From Octopus bimaculoides (lineage: Eukaryota), in contig NC_068992.1 in NCBI RefSeq assembly GCF_001194135.2, positions 44,871,486 through 44,935,485 of the forward strand: 64,000 nt of DNA, given 5' to 3'. Within the stretch, counting starts at the first letter, position 1, and each line of letters opens with the position of its first letter. Shown in pieces: positions 39,368 through 52,565 of this stretch. Made by a program: the position numbers and the translations under genes. The notes beneath the pieces are model-generated. The model was not told where the DNA came from. It made no database searches and worked only from the letters and a program-made list of their open reading frames with translations.

Positions 39368-42300
39368 TCATTTATACCTGTCTGTGTTTGTGTGTGTATC
39401 TAAGTGTCACCTTATTTGTGTGTGTACGTTACAGTTATGCTTGAGTATCAATGGAGGCTTGTTAAATGTTGCTGTCTGTTTTGATTTCTTAGAATAACTA
39501 AATTTCGTGAGAGTCTATTATTATTTGTGATTTATTTAACTTTTCTTCATTATGTATTTTTCATTTCTATAAACAAGTATAACCTTTCTATACTTATTTG
39601 TAGCTATTTATTTTTATTATATCTCTCGTTAATTATGAATAAAGCCATATTTATGTGATACACAAATAGATGGAAATAGAGTGGAGTACGTGGTATACGA
39701 TAATAATGGAAATTAGAATATATTTCTTTTGTCTTTACTAGCTTCAGCTCGGGAACTGCAGCCATTGTGATAAACATGTGTAATTTTGTATGAAGACATT
39801 AGCAACTCAATTCTTTTTATAGTGTTGTATATTATTTGGATCTTAGTTGTTATGTCTAGTCCATAATTGTATTTATGCTGCCAGTATTAAGTGGTACATT
39901 TCTGAACATACTACAGAAAAGAAAGAATAATAAAGTTTGCTATGAAAATGCACTGTCATTCTAAGTAAGCTCCGACTTCGACGTTTGATATGCTAAATAT
40001 ACCTGCAAAATTCTCTCTTAAAATACTCACAGTTATCTACCCAGTTATCTACCCAAAAGAAATGTTATATTGCTTAATGTAATCTAACAATTGTTACGCA
40101 GAAAACATGGTGGTATGTTGAAGGACGGACGGCTTTGTCATACTTGCGACTAAATTACAATCAGATCTACTCAAACGTAGCTTATTCACCTCAGAGCTTA
40201 GCATTCAATTCTCAGATGTATTTAGGATACTGTCACATTTATCGTCTGTTGAAAGTCTTTGTTTTGTACTTCGACACAAGAATGTATAGTTTTGTTAAAT
40301 ATTTTAGTTAGTGCTTAATAGATGCTAATGCCACATCGGTGTTTGAATACGCTCTGTATCGCATATTTAGTACAGGTCAAAAATAATTAGGATCCAAGAA
40401 TTGGAGACAAATGCCTGTCCTTTTCTTCTTAGTAGCAGAGTTCTTTAGAAAACTAAAATAAGTTCGAAAGTCTCATGTAATCTCAACTGAAATATAATTC
40501 ACATCCTAACATCACTGAACATCTGTTTAAATAGTGTTTTCATGTTGTTTAACTTGTATTTACAATATTATACGAAGTTCAACAATCAGTATTTCTTTTC
40601 TAATTCATTAGAATTTAAGAAAATTAGTGTTAATCTTTCACATCCATGGGATTAAATGTTAATAATTTAGATTAATAAACTATAACCAATACTTTCAACT
40701 TCATTTATTTCTGATACTTTAATTGAAGCCAAAAAAAGTGTTATAGTATTATGGATTAAGTTACTTCAAAAATATACTTCAGAGTTGATATAGAAATGCA
40801 ACGTTTCTTTGAAAACATTTTTTATGAAAGTTTGCTAACTACTAAAATTTGTTGGTTGTTCTATTGGTCTTAGTCTTTAATTTAAATGGAATTAAAAAAA
40901 CAAATGCTTCCATCACAATAACCTAGTGTCATTGTTGTCACCATTTCTATGAAGAAATGGTTACTGTTACAGCAATTTGTATTTCATTTTCTTTAAATAA
41001 GTAGCAATATTAGTATGACTTTGAGAGGAAATAATATCCATGTGAATAGTTAGACTATTATACCAATTGCTTATTCTTTCTAACAGAAGTATACTGAGAC
41101 AGAAAGGAAATCTCTGTTAGGTTTTGATATTGATAAAACGTATGAAGTTAGACAGTAGTGCACCATTTTTTCAGTTTTAATCTGTATAATGAAATAATGG
41201 TTCTCTCAAAAAGTGATAATATAAGAAAGCAAAGTGTGAAAATTGCTCTGAAAGCTGGCGCGGTGAAATAAAAGCAGGTTTCTGAAATATGCATTAGTTT
41301 CTTTGTCTGAGTTTCTCTTTACTATCCTAAACCATTCCAACGATTATGTCTATATAAGAAATCAATATACGTATTTGGTAAACGAAGGGATAAATTCGAT
41401 TGAATTAACACGGTACACTACTTTTTGTTTGACGCTACAATGATGAAATGAATGAAAATACCGCTTCTGATAATATTAACAATAAACGGGAAACTTTCTA
41501 AGACTCCAACTTTTACTTGGACTTGTGACTAACATCTTTTTGATTATTCTGAAATTAAAATCTATACCAATTTATTATTCTTTATTCCATGAGATAAAAA
41601 AAAGAGTTGTATTTTTAATGAAAACCAGTATTCTCTGCCAAAGAATAACCTGACACCGATAAAATGACATACAACTTAGAAGCTCCGATCACAATTATGA
41701 ATGCAGTATTCACTGTTACTAAGAAATGGAAGTTACAGTAATTGAAAGTGGTAATCAGAAAACAACATGTACTCTGAGAAAACATTCATATGCAAAAAAA
41801 GAACAAATGTTGTGAAAAGAAACAGGGCAGAACTGATTTATAATTCTACAGCAACAAACTTCCACATTTTATAGTTCAGAAAATGTTTTACATTATACAC
41901 ATTTTTGGATAAACGATATCATACATTATGGCTCCTTGAACAACTAGAACGATGATGACAACATCAAGAACAGGAACAATTATTGTTACTTTAATAGTTC
42001 GGTATAATCTAAACAATCTATGAATTGGAAGGAAATATATATATATCTGTGTGTGTGTGTGTGTGTGTGTGTGTGACGGGGAATTAATTCAATATTAGAC
42101 TACAGCCACTCCATGATATCAGGCAATTCCTTATTTTGTTTATGATAAACTATCAACAATAACATTGTTCATCTAGACGCATCCACATCTGTGTAAATAT
42201 ATATATTCATAATTACATATCTAAATATAAACTTACAAGTCTAAACCTAAATACATGGAAACATGCACAGTCAAAAGAAATACGTACGTAGACGCATTCA

Positions 42301-43296
42301 TATAATATATATGTGTGAATATATATCTATACACGTGGGTTCGTGTGTGTGTGTGTGTGTGGTGTCTGTGTGGCTAGTGTGTGTGCATAGATTGTTGGTG
42401 TTTACGGTTGTTACATATTTGCAAAATTCATCTATTTACTGCACAAAATACTAATAAATCACAAGAAAGTTTCCTTTACTCAGGTAATTTTCTATATTGA
42501 ATTTTCATTGATTTCCAATATAAAATTTTGAAATATCTTGATTTTGTAATGATCACTTTTTGTCAATGACGCGTTTTTTAAATAATATAAACACGAAAAA
42601 AGTCGAAAAAGCTTTTAGCTTTTTTTTTACTTCTCTGTTTTTCATGAACGCAATACAAATAATACAACCATCAGCATTGTTATTTATCGTTTCGTTTTTC
42701 TTTCTGACTCTCAATAGCAGTAGCAGAATAGATTGTATGCACTGCCGCTTTCAAAATAAATTGTTAATATATGTTTTTTCGTTGCAAATTCTTCAGAGAA
42801 TCAGGTTTACAAATGAATACATTTTCTCTAGTGTACGTTCTTATATAACCATGTCTGCTAGAAAGAACACTAGTTTGGCTTATTTTATAATGGCTGACAA
42901 GTGAGTTCAGATTGAAAATTGAATATCAACTTCTGTCAGTGAGAGCACTGATAGATGAATGGGTATTTCATTTACAGATTGAAAATGTCAGTACAGATTA
43001 CTCTGATATAATTTGGTCGTAATTGTGTATTTGATTTGTTTATCTATACTAAACGGAGATTTAAACCGACCGAATATGCTGGTCAATAGGATGATACTTC
43101 CTATTCAAGTTGTAAATGTTTATTTCAAGTTTTATTTTTCAACAATATTGCATACCAACTTTCTACGCAGACAATCATGCAGTTCTCTTTATCGTATATA
43201 TGCATACTTATACATATATGAATATTTATACATATATATGTTGTACTTGGGGATGGTCATATTGCCAGTTTAGCCATTATAAAATATAAACATACG

Positions 43297-43329
<33 letters not shown>

Positions 43330-43782
43330 NNNNNNNNNNNNNNNNNNNNNNNNNNNNNNNNNNNNNNNNNNNNNNNNNNNNNNNNNNNNNNNNNNNNNNN
43401 NNNNNNNNNNNNNNNNNNNNNNNNNNNNNNNNNNNNNNNNNNNNNNNNNNNNNNNNNNNNNNNNNNNNNNNNNNNNNNNNNNNNNNNNNNNNNNNNNNNN
43501 NNNNNNNNNNNNNNNNNNNNNNNNNNNNNNNNNNNNNNNNNNNNNNNNNNTATATATATATATATACATATGGATATGCATATGTGTAAATATATAAATA
43601 TATATATATATATATAAATATATATATATATGTGTGTGTGTGTGTGTAATACGTATGTTTATATGTATGTTCATATTTTATAATCGCTCACAAGCAAGGG
43701 CAGTTGCATCAAACACTCTCATGCACCAAATTTCAATTCCTAAAAAGCATTCGTGAAGTAAAATTATGTAGCAACACCAAAT

Positions 43783-43848
43783 GGCGGTGCCCCAGCATGG
43801 CCACAGCTCATGAGCTGAAACGAGATAAAATAAAAATAAAATAAATAA
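43783..43848 (+). mobile_element. SINE 3' tail
   Basis: ggcggtgccccagcatggccacagctcatgagctgaaacgagataaaataaaaataaaa. Confidence 0.75.
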
Positions 43849-43919
43849 GTAAATGCATGTGTATTTATTAATAATAGGGGAAATAATATCAATGAGAATA
43901 ATTGTAACAACAATAATTT

Positions 43920-44140
43920 GAATCTTAGTAATAATATTGGTGTTGTTAATAGTTCCACTGCTTGCAATTGTAGAAATAAGTCCCGTTGTCCGTTATTAGG
44001 CCGATGTCTCATCGAAAACGCAGTATATAAATTCACAATAAGTACTATAAAGGATAATTATATTTACTTTGGATGTACGATTAATTTGAAACAGCGTATA
44101 CATAACCACCGGTCATCTTTTAGACTTAAACATAAGGCAA
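43920..44140 (+). mobile_element. Penelope-like element fragment: Cys-rich linker plus GIY-YIG endonuclease N-terminus (Neptune-type)
   Basis: CNCRNKSRCPLLGRCLIENAVYKFTISTIKDNYIYFGCTINLKQRIHNHRSSF matches CxCx5CPLxGxC-VYK...YxGxT...KxRxxNHxxSF. It is truncated by a (TGTA)n tract. Confidence 0.85.
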
Positions 44141-46130
44141 ATGTACGTGTGTATGTATGTATGTATGTATGTATGTACATATATCTCTCTATATCTATAT
44201 ATCTAATTATCTATGCTTCCAATTTTATATATTGCTGTGAAGCTGAATAACAACTATTCTTTTGTATTAGTGAACTTGTGTCGGTGTGTCACATTCGGCC
44301 CAGCTGAAAATACTCTCCTAATTTCCGAAAATAATTATCACATAAATTAAGAACATAGCTGCCTTGTAATCTATAATCAAGCGTGGCCGTCGTCCAAATG
44401 AAGAAATCAGAAATAAAATTTAAGAAATTCAAATATCGCTATCATGCTTTAAATAGCGAAATGTTTCATGACAAGCTTAATATTTTCTTGTCTTCTATTT
44501 TATGCTCATATATATATATAACAGGTATTGTGTGTAACAGACAGCCTTTATAACATGGAAATACCACTTAAGCAACTACGATAAGCCTTTGTGTATTCAG
44601 ATTTTACACATTTGACTAATGCACATTTGAAGCATTTAAATATTAAATGCGTTCTTTGAATTGGAAGATTGTACGTCCGACAACTTTGTAGTTTTATTCA
44701 ATTTCGACAACCATTTCTCTTTAACATGAAAATAACATTAAAAGAAATATATCCTGTATAAATAAAATTTTAAACCAGTCGATTAACTATCATTTAATTC
44801 ATAAATACATCTGGATTGTTGGTTAATCATTACAGAAAAATGTATCTATAGAGAGCTTTGGTAAGATGTACTAACATGAATATAACTAGATAAAAGTGTT
44901 GGTGTGTTGAGAAAAAAAGAGATGCCATTTCCTCTCCTCCTTATACTAAATAATCGAATTAAAATGGCTTTCAGGTTCTTCATAATTTCTTAGGTTTATT
45001 TCCTTCAAATACATTATACGTATTTGCTTTTATACTCAAAGATACTTCTAGTATGAATTGATACTATCTACTTAAGCGAATAAGTGATATAACGCATCAA
45101 ATATGCACAAAAAACACTAAACTAACATTTTAAGATTATAGTCAGGAATCCTACACTGCAATTCTATTAAGAACAATAAAACTCATTTCATCCAACCGTG
45201 ATGTAAACCACATTGTGTAACGGCTTCAGCAGATTGTTGTCGCTTTATATGATAAGCTGTTTTGGGCTGAATAAGAATAAACGTACATTGCGCGTTACTT
45301 CGAGAACTCTTTCAGAGTTAGGTATGACAAAGATAGATGCCAACAAATTCAATAGACAATCACTGTAATATTGCTTCTATTACTCTTATACTAGTGAATG
45401 TAATATAATTGACAGTACACAGTGGTTAATTATCAAATTGGTTGCGCTTGGTATTTTTTATTGATTTTTATTTCGACATGTTGTACAGTCACAAAGAAGG
45501 CTTATTTTTTTAGCCTTTGTATTAAAATATGAAGAACATATATCAATCGATCAAAATCTACTTTTAAAAGGGTTTGAGGATATGGTTAATGTATGGAAAA
45601 TGTTTAGAAAGGCGCACTTTTTGGTTTTACTGAATTGTTTCGTGAGACAGTAATTTTTTTCCACAGAATTAATAATTTTTGTCACAAAAATATATTACAC
45701 CAGTATATTCCAGGTATCAATACGTTGTAGAGTACCAAATAGTGTATAACTTGCACATGATATAAAAAGGAAAACCAAAGATAATATTACTCTTTGGGAA
45801 TGCCTTTACATTAAATTAATATTGTCGTTATCTACTTTGACAGGAATGATAATAGAAAGTTTTAGCAATCATGCTTTTCAGTGTACCAGTTAGCTTATAT
45901 TTAAAATTACTAGAACTGAAATATGCGTGCTCAAGGTTTGAATAATCATTGTCTACAATGCTGATAGCACTCATTGGTTACCCATGAGAAACCTAAGTTC
46001 AAACACATAAGAATTATTGTCATCCCTACTTACTATACTGACCTCCAATGTTCCATGGCATTAACTGAGAATTGTGTTTACCAGAGATAACCTATGTGCT
46101 AATCATGGGATTCGAGCAGTCATCTGAAAT

Positions 46131-46161
46131 GTTCCTCGTCGTCGTAACCGACGGAGTGCCA
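46131..46161 (+). mobile_element. Extreme 3' end of a SINE/RTE-type retroelement before a (TA)n(GA)n tract
   Basis: cctcgtcgtcgtaaccgacggagtgcca, recalled as an octopus SINE terminus, lies immediately 5' of the microsatellite at 46170-46277. Confidence 0.4.
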
Positions 46162-46175
46162 CGATATGTATATAC

Positions 46176-46278
<103 letters not shown>

Positions 46279-47063
46279 AAACCTTACGATTGCTCATAGA
46301 GTTATGTATTGGCGAATATGTATTTGTTACTTTCAAACATAATGACGAAGGGTTTGTATTTGTGAAATAATGCAAGATTCTTGTTCTATTCTCCCCAAAA
46401 AGCCATTAATATTGCGAAATAATTTGCAGATTCAGCATCACGATAATTTGACAACATTACTTTTCTATTTTAATTCACAAGTAATTTAGAATTTTTACTC
46501 CAATTTTTTCAAAATTGTTTTGTATAATACTTTATTTTAATAATTCTAGAATTGCTGTTCTGAGAATGCTCTTAAATTGCTAACGTCGCTAAACGTGTAT
46601 AATATAGTGTAACTAGAAAAATATACCTATCCGTACATTATATAGGAAATGTGTGCAAAAATGAAAGGATAAGAAGACAAATAATAAAGGCATACTGATA
46701 TGGGTAGTTTGTCACGTTAACATTTGCATTTAAATAGCTTTTACTTCAATTTTAACTTTTTTAAAATTGTAATGAATTATTAAAATTTTCAGCTTGAATT
46801 ATTTAGAAAACTGACTGGCTATTGAAATTTTATGCGTTGCGATATTGGCACATCCGTATTTTTATGAGCAAGTTTTGTTCTTTATATGCAATGTCTGTTC
46901 GTCATTTTCGTAGAAATATGTAACTACCGGAAAATAGCCTGTCAAACATTTCATTTTTTAACACATCGCTTTGCTTTTGAGGAAAGCGTAAATTAAGTAA
47001 CAAGTAATATACATCGGACAAAATTGTACATCTTCACGTTCAGAGTTTAAACTGTGTAGAGGT

Positions 47064-47155
47064 TTTACCCTTTCGGGGTTGATACAAGATATGCAATAGG
47101 ATCGATGTAATCAACTTAATCCTCCCCGCAAATAATTTCAAACCTTGTGTCTATA
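47064..47155 (+). mobile_element. SINE 3' half, degenerate
   Basis: ccctttcggggttgata...gatcgatgtaatcaacttaatcctccccgcaaa...ccttgtgtc. Confidence 0.6.
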
Positions 47156-47414
47156 TGAATCATCATCATCATCATCATCATAAGTATCGAGTTTACGTCG
47201 CTCTGAAAGGTTAGTAGTACTTTTTGTAGGAAACATTAAGAAAACCTGTTTTGATTTGAAGAGAGCATTCACCAATTTTTCCTAAGAAGGCAGAGCTGTA
47301 ATTGTATTTTTACTTGTCTATTTTTTTATTCATTCTAAATTAAGGCGGCATTAATGGCACGAAATGACGAAGTATGAAGAAGGACTCACGTCGCTACTGC
47401 TTTATTAGAGAGCA

Positions 47415-47730
47415 GAGACTGGACAACAACACCAACAACAAAAAACAGCAGCAATAGCAACAATAGCAAAACCTAAATTACAGCAATACTTGTGGAGGGG
47501 AGGAGAAAAATACTATGATTACAATTCAAAGTCCAACTCAAACACCAGTGGAAAAACGCAGCAGCAGCAGCAGCAACAACAACTGATACAACATATCACT
47601 AGAAACTACAATAACACAAACACACCAGCAGTAATAGCAGCAGCGAAAGCAGCAGCGAAAGCAGCAGCGAAAGCAGCAGTGACAACAACAACAACAGCAT
47701 CAGTAACAAGGACAGCAGCAACTACAACAT
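47415..47730. repeat. Mixed (CAA)/(CAG) low-complexity tract including 3x gcagcagcgaaa
   Basis: Direct inspection; explains the poly-Q/A/T ORF 47490-47738. Confidence 0.85.
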
Positions 47731-48288
47731 TAAGATGAATAATGAAGAATGCAGAGAAATTTATGGGGGCAGATACTCGGTTGCTGAGATGGCAACAAAA
47801 TCAACGCAAATTTCTAAACAGTCATTAAAGTGATAAAGAAACAAAACTCAGAGGCCAAACAACTTGTGAAATGAAATGCAAGGAGAGCAAAAGTTGCTGC
47901 TCCAGGCGAGATCTAGACAGCAAGTACTAGAACAAAGATCTGTTATCGCAATGTGTCGGCGACAGAGACCCAGATGGAAAATGTCCTGAAATATATATTG
48001 GCAGAAATAGATTTTGTTTCGAAAGTGAGACAGTTCGAGATTGTGGATGTCCTCTTCTTGATCGAGCTCTCGCGCTGAAGTCCCCCATAGAGCTCCTGAA
48101 ATGGATTTCATAGTCTACCCAATCTATTTAGAGAAAAGACCCAGTCACGTTAAAATAGAAAGTGTTCTACCTAGACGTATTGCCTTGTAGTTGCTATCGT
48201 GTGTCACTCTACCGGAATCGAAGCGAAAGCAGAGGTTTTTACGGTCTGGAACCACAGTAGAGATTCTCCACCAGATCAAACCAGAGTA

Positions 48289-48497
48289 GGTGAAATAGAA
48301 TCGTTAGCACGCTGGACGAAATGCTTAGCGGTATTTCACCGGCCACTACATTCCGAGTTCAAATTCTGTCGAAGTCGACTTTGCCTTTCATCCTTTCGGA
48401 GTCAATAAATTAAGTACCGGTTGTGTACTGGGGACGATGTAATCGACTAGTCCCCTCACCCCAAATTTCAGACATTGTGTCTCCAGTAGAAAGGATT
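48289..48497 (+). mobile_element. tRNA-derived SINE, full length
   Basis: tagaatcgttagcacgctggacgaaatgcttagcggtatttc...gagttcaaattctgtcgaagtcgactttgcctttcatcctttcggagtcaataaattaagtacc...ccagtagaaagg; the best-preserved copy in the window. Confidence 0.9.
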
Positions 48498-49487
48498 ATC
48501 ATTATTATTGTTATTATTACTGTTGTTGCATCTTCTTTTATTATATTAAGTGTATATTCATATACACTTAAACCAGATGCTCTAATGTGCGTACTTTTCA
48601 GGTGACCATTAGAGTGTAAAGAAAGTTGTTAAAAGTTGAAATCGTTTCCAAATATCGGCTCGCTAAGTATGCACCATTTCAGGACAATAACCGTTCTCAA
48701 AGTGAAAGAAGAAATGTAAAAAAAATTCTGACGACTTTTAGATGTACCATTTACTGATTAAATCGTAGGTGATGGATAATTTGATGTCTAAATATTTCCC
48801 TAAGCAACGCTTATATATCTTAATCACAATATTATACTTTTATTATAATTTATATCTTGAAACCTTACTCATCCTGACGTCTCACATAATATATTTTGGT
48901 GATAGTATCATCTGCTATAATCTATATGAGATCTTCGTGGATTTGTCTAATTTCTATCAGATTGCAAACTTAATTCAATATAATCTTCAAAGCTATTCCC
49001 TTGCTATCGATCTATAAATATAACATTTCTATCGACATATAATTCCAATATTTACATCATCATATATATTCAAAATGATAAAATCGGATTGCAGCTTTCA
49101 ATAGATATACATTTAATTTAGTCATTTATTATACATTTTCTACTTAAATGCTTGCTACATAAAGTAGACCAAATCGGTCGAAAGTACGTATTTAATATAA
49201 TCTAATTCCTACTTCCAAATCTGTCAATCTAAAAGATTTAATTTTGTTGTCTGAATTAATACATATAACTGATTTACCATATTGGCACAAGGCCAGCTAT
49301 CACAAGAACAAAAGATACGACTCTGGTATTTGACTGTTTATTTATATACACTGTGGAATGATCGGCAATGTCGGTCTCACTGACACCTCAGGGAAATCCA
49401 GTCGGTACCTATCAGAAAGCTGGTAAGTCCTGAGCAGTAACAGTTTCTACTATGTACTAAACCCATACGGTCCTTCCATGCGTCTAA

Positions 49488-49827
49488 AATACTATTGTCA
49501 TAGGTGCTCCAGGAATGATAGCAAAGGGGGATGATTGCTACCTAGCTTAAATACCAGGAAACCACAAAATGGCAGAAATTCAAGATAGTGCACATGGGAA
49601 CTGCCCATATCCTACGTAAAATACTGTCTGTGTAATCTCAAATTTTAAAACAAACATAACTTTCTTATGGTATCTTAAACATTCTCTAGAACAACACTAT
49701 GCATAACACCAAATATATGGCACCCTAGGCATAACACCAACATCAACTTCTAACTTGTTGTCTCTTGAGGTTTCTGGGTGAGACTTGGAGTTAACTTGTA
49801 CAAATGCAAAGCAAAAGTTAGACATAA

Positions 49828-49875
<48 letters not shown>
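49488..49875 (+). mobile_element. R4/Dong-like LINE 3' end with (AAT)n tail
   Basis: IVIGAPGMIAKGDDCYLA*IPGNHKMAEIQ / IVHMGTAHILRKILSV* matches the C-terminus of REL-endonuclease R4-clade ORFs (PIxxGALG...QKxxLLGTAHILR). A ~200-bp 3' UTR and about 15 AAT units follow. Confidence 0.85.
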
Positions 49876-51586
49876 TTAATGATGAACTTATGCACGAAAA
49901 TTGGGCCGAATTTTATTAATAATTATTCTTAAATTATATTAGTTCCCTCAAGAGTGCAATTCTTCAAAAATCAGACAATCTTGAAAGTTTCTGGTTAAAT
50001 ATCTTAGACTATTTCTTCCCGATCATTTAAATTTGCAGTTAAAATTCCAACCTGAATGATTTACACTCATATTATATGAAATAGTTTTTGAAGCCTTTTA
50101 CCTTTCTTGTCATATTTCGTTAACAACGCAGATCTCATCTGAAGTCGCACCGTATGAAATGGAATCCAGTATCATTCCTATTTATTTGAACACAGTATAG
50201 ATGAACCCTACTTCAATTTAGTTGTAGTATCTGAGAAATCGATATATACTGATGAAGTCCAATTGCGGACTACCTGAAATACCTTGAATAACATTCAATA
50301 GTCATCTAAACATGAAGAGATACGAAATTATATCTAAGTTTACTATTTACAACCAGAACGTTACCTATCATATGATAGGGCAACCTATAATAATAATAAT
50401 AATTTAACTTTTATCAACTTTTTTGGTGGTGACATGAGCACTAATTTTCTGAAAGAGAATAAGTATTAGCTAAAAATGAAATTAGGCAAATTTCTCATTT
50501 ATATATTTACAATAAACGTTATTTTTTCTAAATTCCATCAACATTGTCGCCATCTACTCACCAAAAACATATTTCTGCAAAATTTCCTTTTTAGAAATGT
50601 GTTTTTCCGAAAGTCATCATTGCCTACTACCAAATTTCGTGTGTGCTCTCATCTATCCCCTCTTATGCTAGCATTCTATGTGTCCTTGTTTTGCAATCTC
50701 TCTCTTCCGTTCTCTCATTCTATTTAACTTCACTGATGAAATCTACCAACTATCCAACCAAAGTTTATATCGGTTATTACTATATAGAGATTAGCAACAC
50801 ATATATTATAAGATATTAAGTTATTACAAAGAATTGCTAATAAATTACTGGATGTATTTGTAACTTTATTCTCTCAGCAATTGAGCCCTTACGATGAACT
50901 GAAACAAAACACAGTAAATGAAAAATGTCAACTAGATATTCATCCACAAAATCTATCTTTGAAATACAAATCTTCTTAACGCCGATAAAAATATATCTTG
51001 AACTGAGTGCATCACCCTCACTAGGAACGTTGCTGTGATTTGAGGCAAAATGAAATTGTAAATTCTTCTAAAATTTGGTGTTTGATTTATTGTTGTCAAA
51101 TTGAAATATTGGATTTTATTATCTTATGCAAATTTTAGTCACTCCACTATCAGAAAATTAGAGACTGAGTGTGAAAAAATGTTTACATAAACAGAATCAT
51201 AAAACAGTGACTTCTGTTTTAAAATATACGTATTTAGTTAGTTAATATAATGTGTTGAATAACAAATTAAGATGTCTCTTTGATCTTTTCCAAGTAATTT
51301 GCTGATGACTAATGATACTAAGATATTCATATGAGATGTTATTTTCGCCGAAATCACTTCTTTGCGATCAAAATTATGGCTACACTTTGAGATGAAGAAT
51401 ACGCGATGACTTTAAAAATTCAATATTCAATACTATTTGCATATCTCATTCATCCACAACGCAATTGATGAACAGTCTCGCTGAATTTCAGATATCCTTA
51501 TCATTACATATATAATGCATCTTGTATACAGCAGTATAATTTATGCGCACAGTCCCAATGAATATATGTGCTTGTGGGTGGGGGGC

Positions 51587-51646
<60 letters not shown>

Positions 51647-52029
51647 TAGATATATAGATACATGCATACATACATACACACATACAAGCATACGCACATA
51701 CATACATACGTACGTATATTCATGGGGTGTGATGGGTAAATTGTCACCATTTTATATTTTTAACTTCGTGCATTCGAATTCTTTGTTTTTGATTTTGCTG
51801 ACTACACAGAATAGTAGGGTCAGTTAGGAACCATCTGTGAGATAAACAGCACTATGACGCAATCCACTCTGCCAGAAATTTGGAAACGACATGCTGTACT
51901 GTTTGGCGTTCGCTCTGGAAGCTCCAGTATGAACATTTCAGAGTGATTGCGTGCCAGTCTAAGGGCAGTGCAATCTGAGAACATGTACCGAGAGTGGATA
52001 CCACGTGACTGGTATCCACTCAAATTGCA

Positions 52030-52565
52030 TCTTTTTAGTCGACCTGCTGTCATAACTTCTTAATGCAGAATATTCCCAACTCTCTCAAGGAATATACGAA
52101 TAGCATTGGTTATTCGATTTACATTGCATCCCCGCCATCCGTAAGCATGTGATGAACACAAATAATGTTTTCCTCGTTGGTGGCACTTGCAGGACGTCCA
52201 GACCTTTGGTCATCATCAGCACTCTTCCTTTCTTTCTTAGATCCAGCTGCCCACTTTTGTAATGCTGATGAAGCTGAAGCGTCATCTATTAATGTAGCAA
52301 CCATGTCAGCATGAATGTCTTTAGGGACTAAACTATTTTTCTGTAGATAACTGATAACACTACGATGCTAATTATTTTCGAGTTTCAAGATACGTCGCTA
52401 CCAGTTACTTTTGAAGTGTTCTTTGAACAGTCAGATATCTATTTACATAGAAGGAAGAAATGTAGTTAGTACCAAGAAGTGCTGAAATTTATAATGTAAG
52501 CAAGAGCTCACAGCTCTAACGACACTCCTTCATGGTCAGCCGATTAACTTTTCAGCCGACCCTCG
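52030..52565 (-). mobile_element. mariner transposon relic, 5' half with left TIR
   Basis: The minus strand starts TA-CGAGGGTCGGCTGAAAAGTTAATCGG (TIR, ~52534-52565, with flanking TA). It then encodes HRSVISYLQKNSLVPKDIHADMVATLIDDASASSALQKWAAGSKKERKSADDDQRSGRPASATNEENIICVHHM, the mariner HTH region with the DxxRSGRP motif. The catalytic domain is missing. Confidence 0.9.

Noticed and set aside
41087-41139. Exon candidate KYTETERKSLLGFDIDK (good acceptor, gtatga donor); similar candidates near 29597, 30224, 34543, 42979 and 59133
   Set aside because: AT-rich DNA yields many such AG/GT pairs, the donors or acceptors are mediocre, and no homology is recognised.
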